From positions 90,001 through 122,000 of the forward strand of contig NZ_BCZP01000015.1 of the NCBI RefSeq assembly GCF_001598795.1: a stretch of 32,000 nucleotides of DNA, in the 5' to 3' direction. The translations under genes were made by a program, and so were the position numbers. Below, piece by piece: positions 1 to 8,330 of this stretch (position 1 is the stretch's first letter; every line of letters starts with the position of its first letter). Under the pieces are notes generated by a model. That model was not told the origin of the DNA and did no database searches. It saw nothing but the letters and a program-made list of their open reading frames with translations. The DNA is from Delftia acidovorans NBRC 14950. GTDB lineage: Bacteria; Pseudomonadota; Gammaproteobacteria; Burkholderiales; Burkholderiaceae_C.

Positions 1-87
1 ATGCGGGCGCAGCGGGCCGTGATGGCCGCGCAGATGGCGTAACTCTTTGTAGGCCGGCGCCGCTCTTCACGATGCGCTGTTCTCCGC

Positions 88-1005
88 ATGTTTCAGGCAT
101 GCGTGGCCGCTAGACTTGGCGGCATGCAGCAGCCATCCCATCTCTTCTCCGAATCCTGTGCCCCGTCCGCCTGGGGCTGTGCCTGCGCGCCCTGGCGCGC
201 GCGTCGCGGTTTTCTGCTGGCCGGCAGCGCGGCGGCCATGGGGCTGGCCACGGCGCCGGTGGCGGCACAGGTGCAGGTGGGCGGTGCCTCGGGCCTGCGC
301 AAGCTGGTGCCGGCCGAGACGCTGGAAGGCGCCGCCACCGACCAGTACCAGCAACTGCTGGCCAAGGCCCGCGCCCAGGGCGCACTGGCTGGCGACAGCA
401 ACCCGCAGCTTCAGCGGCTGCGCGCCATTGCCCGGCGGCTGATTCCGTACACCGCCCAATGGAACCCGCGCGCCAATGCCTGGCGCTGGGAGGTGAATCT
501 GATCGGCAGCAAGGAGATCAACGCCTTTTGCATGCCGGGCGGCAAGATCGCCTTCTACACCGGCATCATCGACCAGCTGCAGCTCACCGACGACGAGATC
601 GCCATGATCATGGGCCACGAAATGGCCCATGCGCTGCGCGAGCACTCGCGCGAGCAGTTGGCCAAGAACCAGGCCACCAGCATCGGCATCTCGCTGGGCG
701 CCCAATTGCTGGGTCTGGGCGACCTGGGCAATGCGGCGGCCCGCCTGGGCGGCCAGTTGCTGTCGCTGAAATTCAGCCGGGGCGATGAGAGCGAGGCCGA
801 CCTCGTGGGCCTGGAGCTGGCCGCGCGCGCCGGCTACAACCCCCAGGCCTCGGTCTCGCTGTGGCGCAAGATGGGCCAGGCCACGGGCGACCGTGGTGGT
901 CTGGAATTCCTGTCCACCCACCCCGCAGGCCCCGAGCGCATCCGCGAGCTGGAGCGCAACATCCCGCGCGTGGAAGGCCTCTACGAGGCCGCACGGCGCG
1001 GGTAG
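88..1005 (+). CDS. M48-family zinc metallopeptidase with Tat-type signal peptide
   Basis: 305-aa ORF with the HEXXH zinc motif (MGHEMAHAL) and a downstream GDESEAD acidic motif, as in peptidase M48 (LoiP/YcaL/BepA-like). The N-terminus has a twin-arginine motif ARRGFLL, an Ala-rich hydrophobic region and a VAA-Q cleavage-like site. The start is uncertain (ATG 88 or ATG 124); neither has a clear SD. Confidence 0.85.
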   Translation: MFQACVAARLGGMQQPSHLFSESCAPSAWGCACAPWRARRGFLLAGSAAAMGLATAPVAAQVQVGGASGLRKLVPAETLEGAATDQYQQLLAKARAQGALAGDSNPQLQRLRAIARRLIPYTAQWNPRANAWRWEVNLIGSKEINAFCMPGGKIAFYTGIIDQLQLTDDEIAMIMGHEMAHALREHSREQLAKNQATSIGISLGAQLLGLGDLGNAAARLGGQLLSLKFSRGDESEADLVGLELAARAGYNPQASVSLWRKMGQATGDRGGLEFLSTHPAGPERIRELERNIPRVEGLYEAARRG

Positions 1006-1007
1006 GC

Positions 1008-1032
1008 AGCCGCCTTCAGGCGGCGGCTTTTT
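1008..1032 (+). terminator. Intrinsic terminator after the M48 peptidase gene, overlapping the 3' end of the convergent aldehyde dehydrogenase gene
   Basis: AGCCGCC (1008-1014) pairs with GGCGGCT (1022-1028) across a 7-nt loop. A TTTTT run (1028-1032) follows, 3 nt after the TAG stop at 1003-1005. Confidence 0.6.
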
Positions 1033-2473
1033 GCTTTGGTTGGTAGCCCATGACGGCCTTGACTTCAAGGTACTCCTTGAAGCCGTGCTCGCCCCATTCC
1101 CGGCCCGTTCCTGACTGCTTGTAGCCGCCGAACGGCGCGCCGAAGTCCGGTCCTGCACCGTTGAGATGGACCATGCCGGTGCGCAGGCGCGATGCCACAC
1201 GGCGTGCGCGCTCCAGGCTGCCTGACTGCACATAGCCCGACAGTCCGTAGGGCGTGTCGTTGGCCTGGGCGATGGCCTCCTCCTCCGTGTCGTAGGGCAG
1301 GATGACCAGCACGGGGCCGAAGATCTCCTCGCGCGCAATGGTCATGTCGTTGCGCACGTCGGCGAATACCGTGGGCCGCACGAAGTAGCCGCGCGCAAGG
1401 CCCTCGGGGCGGCCCGTGCCACCGGCCACCAGGGTGGCGCCTTCGGCGATGCCGGCCTCGATCAGGCCCTGGATCTTGCGGAACTGCGCCTCGCTGACCA
1501 CGGGGCCCATGTGCATGGCGCCCGTGTCGGCCAGTGCATCGCCCACCTTCATGCCCTCGGCAGCGGCCTTGGCCGCGGCCACGGCGCGCGCATGCAGGGC
1601 GCGCGGCACAAACATGCGCGTGGGTGCGTTGCAGCTCTGGCCCGAATTGGTGAAGCAGGCGTTCACGCCCTGGGTCACGGCCTTTTCGATGTCGGCGTCG
1701 TCCAGCACGATGTTGGCCGACTTGCCGCCCAGCTCCTGCGTCACGCGCTTGACGGTATCGGCCGAGGCCTTGGCCACGGCAATGCCCGCGCGCGTGGAGC
1801 CCGTGAAGGTCATCATGTCGATGCCGGGGTGCACGGACATGGCCTCGCCCACCGAGGGGCCGTCGCCGTTGACCAGGTTGAACACGCCGGCGGGCACGCC
1901 CGCTTCGTGCAGGATCTCGGCCACCAGGATGGCATTGAGCGGCGCGATCTCCGAGGGCTTGAGCACCATGGTGCAGCCCGCCGCCAGGGCCGGTGCCACC
2001 TTGCACATGATCTGGTTGATGGGCCAGTTCCAGGGCGTGATCATGCCCACCACGCCCACGGGCTCATGCACGATGCCGGTGGTGCCGCGCACGCTCTCGA
2101 ACTCGAATTCCTTGAGCACCTGCAGGGTCTGCTTCAGGTGCCCCGCGCCCACCGTGGCCTGGGCCGCGCGCGACAGCCACAGCGGCGCGCCCATCTCCAG
2201 CGAGATGGTCTGCGCCACCTCGTCGATGCGGCGCATGTAGACCGCCAGCACCTTGTCCAGCAGGGCCAGCCGCTCGTCGCGCGTGGTCTGCGAGAAGCCG
2301 TCGAACGCGCGGCGTGCGGCGGCCACGGCTGCATCGACATCGGCGGCCGAGCCCATGCTGATGCGGGCCGCCACCTCCTCGGTGGACGGATTGATCACAT
2401 CCAGCGTGCGCGGCACGACCGGGGGAACCCATTGGCCGTCGATATAGAACTGCAGGTGCTCTTGCGTGCTCAT
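1016..2473 (-). CDS. NAD(P)-dependent aldehyde dehydrogenase
   Basis: Carries the ALDH-family motifs ELGGKSA (catalytic Glu region) and FTNSGQSCNAPTR (catalytic Cys). The start was moved from the ORF-track 2536 to ATG 2473 (MSTQEHLQFYIDGQWV), which has a GGAGA SD about 7 nt upstream. G/C is high at third codon positions. Confidence 0.93.
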   Translation of the reverse strand: MSTQEHLQFYIDGQWVPPVVPRTLDVINPSTEEVAARISMGSAADVDAAVAAARRAFDGFSQTTRDERLALLDKVLAVYMRRIDEVAQTISLEMGAPLWLSRAAQATVGAGHLKQTLQVLKEFEFESVRGTTGIVHEPVGVVGMITPWNWPINQIMCKVAPALAAGCTMVLKPSEIAPLNAILVAEILHEAGVPAGVFNLVNGDGPSVGEAMSVHPGIDMMTFTGSTRAGIAVAKASADTVKRVTQELGGKSANIVLDDADIEKAVTQGVNACFTNSGQSCNAPTRMFVPRALHARAVAAAKAAAEGMKVGDALADTGAMHMGPVVSEAQFRKIQGLIEAGIAEGATLVAGGTGRPEGLARGYFVRPTVFADVRNDMTIAREEIFGPVLVILPYDTEEEAIAQANDTPYGLSGYVQSGSLERARRVASRLRTGMVHLNGAGPDFGAPFGGYKQSGTGREWGEHGFKEYLEVKAVMGYQPKQKAAA

Positions 2474-2560
2474 GAAGCTGTCTCCGTTAGTTGGAATGGG
2501 AGGCGGTCCGGGGGCGCCGCCGGCTGTGCCGGGCATGATGCACGATGGGCGCAGGCGCGC

Positions 2561-2580
2561 GGAGTCCTGTAGGGGACTCC
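2561..2580 (-). terminator. GC hairpin downstream of the MBL-fold hydrolase gene (terminator-like, no U-tract)
   Basis: GGAGTCC (2561-2567) pairs with GGACTCC (2574-2580) across a 6-nt loop, 9 nt beyond the stop at 2589. No T-run follows, so its function is uncertain. Confidence 0.35.
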
Positions 2581-2588
2581 TGTACGGC

Positions 2589-3227
2589 TCAGGTCCCGCC
2601 CACGTAGGGGTTGCTCTTGCGCTCGCGGCCGAAGCTGCTTTCGGGGCCGTGGCCCGGGATGAACACGGTCTGGTCGCCCATGGGCCACAGGCGCTGGACG
2701 ATGCTGTCGATCAGCTGCTGGTGGTTGCCCTGGGGGAAGTCGGTGCGGCCGATGCTGCCCGCGAACAGCACGTCGCCCACGAAGGCGCGGTCGATCTGCG
2801 GCGCATGGAACACCACGTGGCCGGGCGTGTGGCCGGGGCAGTGGCGCACCTGCAGCGTCTCCTGGCCGATGCTCACCGTGTCGCCATCGTGCAGCCAGCG
2901 CGTGGGCGTGAAGGGGTCCGAATGCGGGAAGCCGAACATGGCGCCCTGCTGGGGCAGCGCATCGATCCAGAACTGGTCTCCGGGATGGGGGCCGATGATG
3001 GGCAGCTGCTGTGCATCGGCCAGCTCGCGCGTGCCGCCCGCGTGGTCTATGTGGGCGTGCGTGAGCCAGATGGCCTTGAGCGCCAGGCCCAGGCGCTCAA
3101 TCTCCCAGCCGATCTGCTCCAGGTCGCCGCCCGGGTCGATGACGGCGGCTTCCATGGTCTGGTCGCACCAGACCAGCGAGCAGTTCTGCTGGAAGGCGGT
3201 GACGGGGATGGTGTGGTACTGGAGCAT
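2589..3227 (-). CDS. MBL-fold metallo-hydrolase (glyoxalase-II / YcbL-like)
   Basis: 212-aa ORF with the HxHxDH motif (THAHIDHAGG) and downstream His/Asp ligand positions typical of the metallo-beta-lactamase fold. Its length fits hydroxyacylglutathione-hydrolase-like enzymes. Confidence 0.9.
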   Translation of the reverse strand: MLQYHTIPVTAFQQNCSLVWCDQTMEAAVIDPGGDLEQIGWEIERLGLALKAIWLTHAHIDHAGGTRELADAQQLPIIGPHPGDQFWIDALPQQGAMFGFPHSDPFTPTRWLHDGDTVSIGQETLQVRHCPGHTPGHVVFHAPQIDRAFVGDVLFAGSIGRTDFPQGNHQQLIDSIVQRLWPMGDQTVFIPGHGPESSFGRERKSNPYVGGT

Positions 3228-3312
3228 GGGCGGCGTGGGTGCTTCTGGCGAAAGCGCCCATTATTCCCGCTCCTTCCCCTGATGGCAGCGCAGGGCCGCC
3301 CCGCTTGCGCCG

Positions 3313-3552
3313 TCAGGTGGTCGGCTGGCCGCATTGCCCGCAGAACCGCGCGCCGGCCGGATGGCTGGCGTTGCAGTTCCTGCAGGCCTGCGGCAGCACC
3401 GCGCCGCCACACTGCGGGCAAAAGCGCGAGCTGGCGGCGATCGATGCATGGCAGCCGGGGCAGACCGCCGCCACGGCTGCGGCACGGTATGCGCTGCCGC
3501 TGTGGTGGCCGCCGCGCGAATGATTTCCGAACAGTCTTTGCAAGAGTCCCAT
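3313..3552 (-). CDS. Small double zinc-ribbon protein (79 aa)
   Basis: Has four CxxC pairs (C31/C34, C45/C48, C57/C60, C71/C74), two of them in the FC(P/G)QCG context typical of zinc-ribbon/DZR domains. The N-terminus is His/Gly-rich. An AAGGA SD lies about 7 nt upstream of the ATG, and codon bias is consistent with coding. Confidence 0.7.
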   Translation of the reverse strand: MGLLQRLFGNHSRGGHHSGSAYRAAAVAAVCPGCHASIAASSRFCPQCGGAVLPQACRNCNASHPAGARFCGQCGQPTT

Positions 3553-3872
3553 GGTGTATTCCTTCGCACTGCGCGGATGCGCCGCTGCAGTCGTTCAAAG
3601 GCGCATTGGGACACGGCAGCGGTCCGCCGGGCCGTGGATGGCGATCATTTAATGTGGCTGTCATCTCGTGGCAATCCAGGTCCTGTGACGGACAGGAGAC
3701 AGCCTCGCGGGCAGACCCCGTGGCTGCGGCAACGCCGCCGTGTTACAAGCTAGCCGTGCCGCCGAGCCAGCCTGCCCCCGATGCAGGCACGCAAGGATTT
3801 TTTCGAGGATGGGCCGGGCCGCCACCTGCGCAATGTAGGGCGGGTACCGGCATCACGCGAGGGAGAACCGGT

Positions 3873-4988
3873 ATGTTGATTGGCGTGCCTGCCGAGACCA
3901 TGGCAGGAGAAACCCGGGTGGCTGCGACCCCCGAGACCGTCAAGAAGCTGCGTGCGCAAGGCCATGTGCTGCGCGTGCAGGCGGGGGCGGGAGTGGCGGC
4001 CAGCGTGCCCGATGCCTTGTACGAGGCGGCGGGCGCGGAGATCGTCGATGTGGCAGGCGCCCTGGGCGCCGACCTGGTGCTCAAGGTCCGTATCCCTTCG
4101 GAGGACGAGTTGCCCGGCATCCGCAAGGGTGCAACGCTGGTCGGCATGCTGGACCCGTTCCAGCCCGCAGGCCTGCAGCGCCTGGCCGATGCGGGCATCA
4201 CGGCCTATGCGCTGGAGGCGGCTCCGCGCACCACGCGTGCGCAGAGCATGGACGTGCTGTCCAGCCAGGCCAATATCGCCGGCTACAAGGCCGTGATGAT
4301 CGCGGCCAACCAGTACCAGCGCTTCTTTCCCATGCTGATGACGGCGGCCGGCACGGTGAAGGCCGCGCGCGTCGTGGTGCTGGGCGTGGGTGTGGCCGGC
4401 CTGCAGGCCATTGCCACGGCCAAGCGCCTGGGCGCCGTGATCGAGGCCAGCGATGTGCGGCCCAGCGTGCGTGAGCAGGTCGAATCCCTGGGCGGCAAGT
4501 TCATCGACGTGCCCTACGAGACCGCCGAGGAGAAGGAGGCCGCCGAAGGCGTGGGCGGCTACGCGCGCCCCATGCCGCAAAGCTGGCTGGACCGCCAGAA
4601 GGCCGAGGTGGCCAAGCGCGTGGCCCAGGCCGACGTGGTCATCACCACGGCGCTGATCCCGGGCCGGCCCGCTCCCGTGCTGGTCACGGCCGAGATGGTG
4701 CAGGCCATGAAGCCCGGCGCCGTCATCGTGGACCTGGCGGCCGAACGCGGTGGCAACTGCCCGCTGACCCAGACCGGCATGACCGTGGTCACGCATGGCG
4801 TGACCATCGTGGGACTGACCAACCTGCCCGCCATGGTGGCGGCCGATGCCTCGGCCCTGTATGCACGCAATGTGCTCGATTTTCTCAAGCTCATCATCAA
4901 CAAGGATGGCGCCCTGCATGTGGACATGGAGGACGACATCGTGGCCGCGTGCCTGATGGCCCATGAAGGCCAGCTGCGGAGGAAATGA
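3873..4988 (+). CDS. pntAA: NAD(P) transhydrogenase subunit alpha part 1 (dI domain)
   Basis: Starts MLIGVPAETMAGETRVAATPETVKKL... and has a Rossmann motif VLGVGVAGLQAIATAKRLGA, the alanine-dehydrogenase/PNT architecture. A GGGAGA SD precedes ATG 3873. The 840-aa ORF-track call (2466..4988) is an artefactual 5' extension that runs antisense through the MBL gene. Confidence 0.95.
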   Translation: MLIGVPAETMAGETRVAATPETVKKLRAQGHVLRVQAGAGVAASVPDALYEAAGAEIVDVAGALGADLVLKVRIPSEDELPGIRKGATLVGMLDPFQPAGLQRLADAGITAYALEAAPRTTRAQSMDVLSSQANIAGYKAVMIAANQYQRFFPMLMTAAGTVKAARVVVLGVGVAGLQAIATAKRLGAVIEASDVRPSVREQVESLGGKFIDVPYETAEEKEAAEGVGGYARPMPQSWLDRQKAEVAKRVAQADVVITTALIPGRPAPVLVTAEMVQAMKPGAVIVDLAAERGGNCPLTQTGMTVVTHGVTIVGLTNLPAMVAADASALYARNVLDFLKLIINKDGALHVDMEDDIVAACLMAHEGQLRRK

Positions 4989-4989
4989 C

Positions 4990-5334
4990 ATGGAAGCCGT
5001 ATCCCCCACCATCATCCATCTCATCATCTTCGTGCTGGCCATCTACGTGGGCTACCACGTGGTCTGGACCGTCACGCCCGCGCTGCACACGCCGCTGATG
5101 GCGGTGACCAATGCCATCTCGGCCATCGTCATCGTCGGCGCCATGCTGGCGGCGGCGCTCACGGAAACGGGCCTGGGCAAGACCATGGGCGTGCTGGCCG
5201 TGGCGCTGGCTGCGGTCAACGTGTTCGGCGGCTTCCTGGTCACGCGGCGCATGCTGGAGATGTTTCGCAAGAAAGAGCGCAAGAGCGCTCCGGCCAAGGA
5301 CAGCAAGGACGCCAAGGCGGAGGGCCAGTCATGA
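4990..5334 (+). CDS. pntAB: NAD(P) transhydrogenase subunit alpha part 2 (membrane segment)
   Basis: Hydrophobic small subunit (MEAVSPTIIHLIIFVLAIYVGYHVVWTVTPALHTPLMAVTNAIS...). ATG 4990 lies 1 nt after the pntAA TGA. The gene sits between pntAA and pntB, as in split-alpha transhydrogenases. Confidence 0.9.
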   Translation: MEAVSPTIIHLIIFVLAIYVGYHVVWTVTPALHTPLMAVTNAISAIVIVGAMLAAALTETGLGKTMGVLAVALAAVNVFGGFLVTRRMLEMFRKKERKSAPAKDSKDAKAEGQS

Positions 5335-6755
5335 GCATGAACCTCGTCACATTGCTCTACCTGGTGGCCAGCGTCTGCTTCATCCAGGCGCTCAAGGGGC
5401 TGTCGCATCCCACCACCTCCATACGCGGCAACCTGTTCGGCATGGCCGGCATGGTGATCGCCGTGCTGACCACGGCGGCGCTCATCGTGCAGCTGGCCGG
5501 CGGCAATGCATTGGGGCTGGGCTGGGTGCTGCTGGGCCTGCTGGTCGGCGGCACGGCCGGTGCGGTCATGGCCCAGCGCGTGGAGATGACCAAGATGCCC
5601 GAGCTGGTGGCCTTCATGCACAGCATGATCGGCCTGGCGGCGGTGTTCATCGCCGTGGCCGCCGTGGCCGAGCCCTGGGCCTTTGCCATCACGGCCAAGG
5701 GTGGCGCCATCCCGGGCGGCAACCGCGTGGAGTTGGCGCTGGGCGCCTTCATCGGCGCCGTGACCTTCACGGGCTCGGTGATCGCCTTCGGCAAGCTCAG
5801 CGGCAAGTACAAGTTCCGCCTGTTCCAGGGCGCGCCCGTGCAGTTCAAGGGCCAGCATGCGCTCAACGCCGTGCTGGGGCTGGCAGCAGCCTTCTTCGTC
5901 TTCGGCTTCTGGCACAGCCAAAGCTGGATGGACATCGTGCTGGTCATCGCCCTGGGCCTGCTGCTGGGCGTGCTGCTGATCATTCCCATCGGCGGCGCGG
6001 ACATGCCGGTGGTCGTGTCCATGCTCAACAGCTACTCGGGCTGGGCGGCGGCGGGCATCGGCTTCTCGCTGAACAACAGCATGCTGATCATTGCGGGTTC
6101 GCTGGTGGGCAGCTCGGGCGCCATCCTGAGCTACATCATGTGCAAGGCCATGAACCGCTCGTTCTTCAGCGTGATCCTGGGCGGCTTCGGCGGCGAGGCC
6201 ACTAGCGCGGCGGCAGGCTCCCAGCAGCAGCGCAACGTGAAAAGCGGCAGCGCCGACGATGCGGCCTTCGTCCTGGGCAATGCCGAGACCGTGGTCATCG
6301 TGCCCGGCTACGGCCTGGCCGTGGCGCGTGCCCAGCACGCGGTCAAGGAGCTGGCCGACAAGCTCACCGAGCGCGGCGTGACGGTGAAGTACGCCATCCA
6401 CCCGGTGGCCGGCCGCATGCCCGGCCACATGAACGTGCTGCTGGCCGAGGCCGAGGTCCCCTACGACCAGGTCTTCGAGATGGAGGACATCAACAGCGAG
6501 TTCGGCCAGGCCGACGTGGCCATCATCCTGGGCGCCAACGACGTGGTGAACCCCGCCGCACACGTCAAGGGCAGCCCCATCTACGGCATGCCCATCCTGG
6601 AGGCCTACAAGGCCAAGACGGTGATCGTCAACAAGCGCTCCATGGCGGCCGGCTATGCGGGCCTGGACAACGAGCTGTTCTACATGGACAAGACCATGAT
6701 GGTCTTCGGCGACGCCAAGAAGGTGGTGGAGGACATGGGCAAGGCGCTGGAGTGA
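5331..6755 (+). CDS. pntB: NAD(P) transhydrogenase subunit beta
   Basis: 474-aa protein with an N-terminal polytopic membrane domain and a C-terminal dIII NADP(H) domain (VIVPGYGLAVARAQH, ANDVVNPAA). Its start forms an ATGA overlap with the pntAB stop, indicating translational coupling. Confidence 0.95.
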   Translation: MSMNLVTLLYLVASVCFIQALKGLSHPTTSIRGNLFGMAGMVIAVLTTAALIVQLAGGNALGLGWVLLGLLVGGTAGAVMAQRVEMTKMPELVAFMHSMIGLAAVFIAVAAVAEPWAFAITAKGGAIPGGNRVELALGAFIGAVTFTGSVIAFGKLSGKYKFRLFQGAPVQFKGQHALNAVLGLAAAFFVFGFWHSQSWMDIVLVIALGLLLGVLLIIPIGGADMPVVVSMLNSYSGWAAAGIGFSLNNSMLIIAGSLVGSSGAILSYIMCKAMNRSFFSVILGGFGGEATSAAAGSQQQRNVKSGSADDAAFVLGNAETVVIVPGYGLAVARAQHAVKELADKLTERGVTVKYAIHPVAGRMPGHMNVLLAEAEVPYDQVFEMEDINSEFGQADVAIILGANDVVNPAAHVKGSPIYGMPILEAYKAKTVIVNKRSMAAGYAGLDNELFYMDKTMMVFGDAKKVVEDMGKALE

Positions 6756-6781
6756 GGTGCTGCGTGGAGCACAAGGGACAA

Positions 6782-6801
6782 GGGGCGGCGCGAGCCGCTC
6801 C
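6782..6801. terminator. GC hairpin between convergent pntB and xth
   Basis: GGGGCGGC (6782-6789) pairs with GCCGCTCC (6794-6801) in 8 bp including one G-U. The loop is a GCGA tetraloop. No strong U-tract on either strand. Confidence 0.4.
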
Positions 6802-6807
6802 TTGCGC

Positions 6808-7623
6808 TCACACCTTCATGTCATAGCCGATGGTGACCGGCGCATGGTCCGAGAACTTCACATCCTTGTAAATGTGCTCGGTGCGCGCCAGTGCGGCGGT
6901 GGCCGGGGTGGCCAGGTGGTAGTCCAGGCGCCATCCCACGTTGTTGGCATAGGCCTGGCCGCGGTTGCTCCACCATGTGTAGCAGGTGTCCGTGGTGTCG
7001 GGCTGGAGCAGGCGATAAACGTCCACAAGACCGCCCGTGGGATCAGTTTTGTGTAACAACTTTGTCATCCACTCGCGCTCTTCGGGCGTGAAACCGCTGT
7101 TTTTCTGGTTGCTGCGCCAGTTCTTGAGGTCGATCTGCTGGTGGGCGATGTTGATGTCGCCGCACAGGATGAACTCGCGCTCGCCCTTCATGCGCATCAG
7201 GTGATCGTGCATTTCGGCGAGGAAGCGGAACTTGGCCGTCTGGCGCAGTTCGCCCGAGCTGCCGCTGGGAAAGTAGGCGCTGATGATGGATAGCTTGCGC
7301 GCGGGCGTGTCGAAGCGCGCCTCCACGTAGCGGCCCTCGGCGTCGAACTCGTGCGAGCCGAAGCCGACCACGACGTCGCTGGGCTCGTGGCGGCTGTAGA
7401 CGCCCACGCCCGAGTAGCCTTTCTTCTCGGCGTAGTGGAAGTGGCCGCGCAGGCCGGCCAGCAGCTCGAAGCGTCCGGTCATGTCGGCGGCCTGGGCCTT
7501 GATTTCCTGCACGCAAATACAATCCGGCGCAGTGGCCTCGATCCAGGCTTCGACGCCCTTGGTCGAGGCCGAGCGGATGCCGTTGAGGTTGAGGCTGGTC
7601 AATTTGAACAAGGATGAATCCAT
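6808..7623 (-). CDS. xth: Exodeoxyribonuclease III (AP endonuclease)
   Basis: Has EEP-family motifs LNLNGIRS, CVQEIK, GDINIAH and SDHAPV. The start is set at ATG 7623 (MDSSLFKLTSLNLNGIRSA) by N-terminal similarity to XthA. The ORF-track extension to 7785 runs through pyrE. Confidence 0.92.
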   Translation of the reverse strand: MDSSLFKLTSLNLNGIRSASTKGVEAWIEATAPDCICVQEIKAQAADMTGRFELLAGLRGHFHYAEKKGYSGVGVYSRHEPSDVVVGFGSHEFDAEGRYVEARFDTPARKLSIISAYFPSGSSGELRQTAKFRFLAEMHDHLMRMKGEREFILCGDINIAHQQIDLKNWRSNQKNSGFTPEEREWMTKLLHKTDPTGGLVDVYRLLQPDTTDTCYTWWSNRGQAYANNVGWRLDYHLATPATAALARTEHIYKDVKFSDHAPVTIGYDMKV

Positions 7624-8323
7624 GGTGGTGAGTAATCTGCAGGCCGATGACACAGGCCGTCTGGCGCAGGAATTTGTGCAATTCGCCGTTGACGCAGGGG
7701 TGCTGCGTTTCGGCGAGTTCAAGACCAAGGCCGGGCGCATGAGCCCGTACTTCTTCAATGCCGGCCTGTTCGATGACGGCGGCAAGATGGGCCGTCTCGC
7801 CGAATTCTATGCAAAAGCCATCGCAGCCAGCGGCATCGAGTTCGACATGATCTTCGGCCCCGCCTACAAGGGCATCCCGCTGGCCGCCACCGTGGCCGTG
7901 GAGCTGGCCCGCATGGGCCTGAACAAGCCCTTTGCATACAACCGCAAGGAAGCCAAGGACCACGGCGAGGGCGGCACCCTGGTCGGCGCGCCCCTCAAGG
8001 GCCGCGTGCTGATCGTGGACGACGTGATGAGCGCCGGCACGGCCGCGCGCGAGTCCATCGCCATCATCCGCGCCGCAGGCGCCACGCCGCATGCCGTGGC
8101 GATCGCGCTGGACCGCCAGGAAATGGCCACCGAGAATGGCCAGGACGTGCCCCACAGCGCCGTGCAGTACGTGCGCAATCAGCTGGGCATGCAGGTCTGC
8201 ACCATTGCAAAACTGGCAGACTTATTGCTTTATCTTGAGATTCAAGGTGGCAGCGAAGGCAGCGGCCACCATGAGCGCGTGCTGGCCTACCGCCAGCGTT
8301 ACGGAGTCAACGACAAGGAATAA
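7622..8323 (+). CDS. pyrE: Orotate phosphoribosyltransferase
   Basis: Has the PRPP-binding motif VLIVDDVMSAGTAARES plus FGPAYKGIPLA and NRKEAKDHGEGG, which closely resemble E. coli PyrE. An AAGGA SD (7610-7614) lies 7 nt upstream of ATG 7622. Confidence 0.93.
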   Translation: MVVSNLQADDTGRLAQEFVQFAVDAGVLRFGEFKTKAGRMSPYFFNAGLFDDGGKMGRLAEFYAKAIAASGIEFDMIFGPAYKGIPLAATVAVELARMGLNKPFAYNRKEAKDHGEGGTLVGAPLKGRVLIVDDVMSAGTAARESIAIIRAAGATPHAVAIALDRQEMATENGQDVPHSAVQYVRNQLGMQVCTIAKLADLLLYLEIQGGSEGSGHHERVLAYRQRYGVNDKE

Positions 8324-8330
8324 GGGTTTG

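Noticed and set aside
1-42. Possible 3' end of a plus-strand gene entering from the left edge (frame 1, ...MRAQRAVMAAQMA, TAA at 40-42).
   Set aside because: Only 13 codons are visible. The G/C third-position bias is compatible with coding but far too short to support a feature or product.
3228-3312. Strong SD-like GGAAGGAG followed 8 nt later by ATG (minus strand, ATG at 3261-3259) upstream of the MBL hydrolase gene.
   Set aside because: This ATG is out of frame with the MBL gene (34 nt upstream of ATG 3227). It opens only a short ORF of about 57 codons that overlaps the hydrolase coding sequence, with no support for an independent gene.
2466-3872. 5' extension of the 840-aa ORF-track call that ends in pntAA.
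   Set aside because: The upstream 469 codons run antisense through the MBL hydrolase and zinc-ribbon genes and have no homology-like content. The PntAA N-terminus (MLIGVPAET) with a GGGAGA SD starts at 3873.
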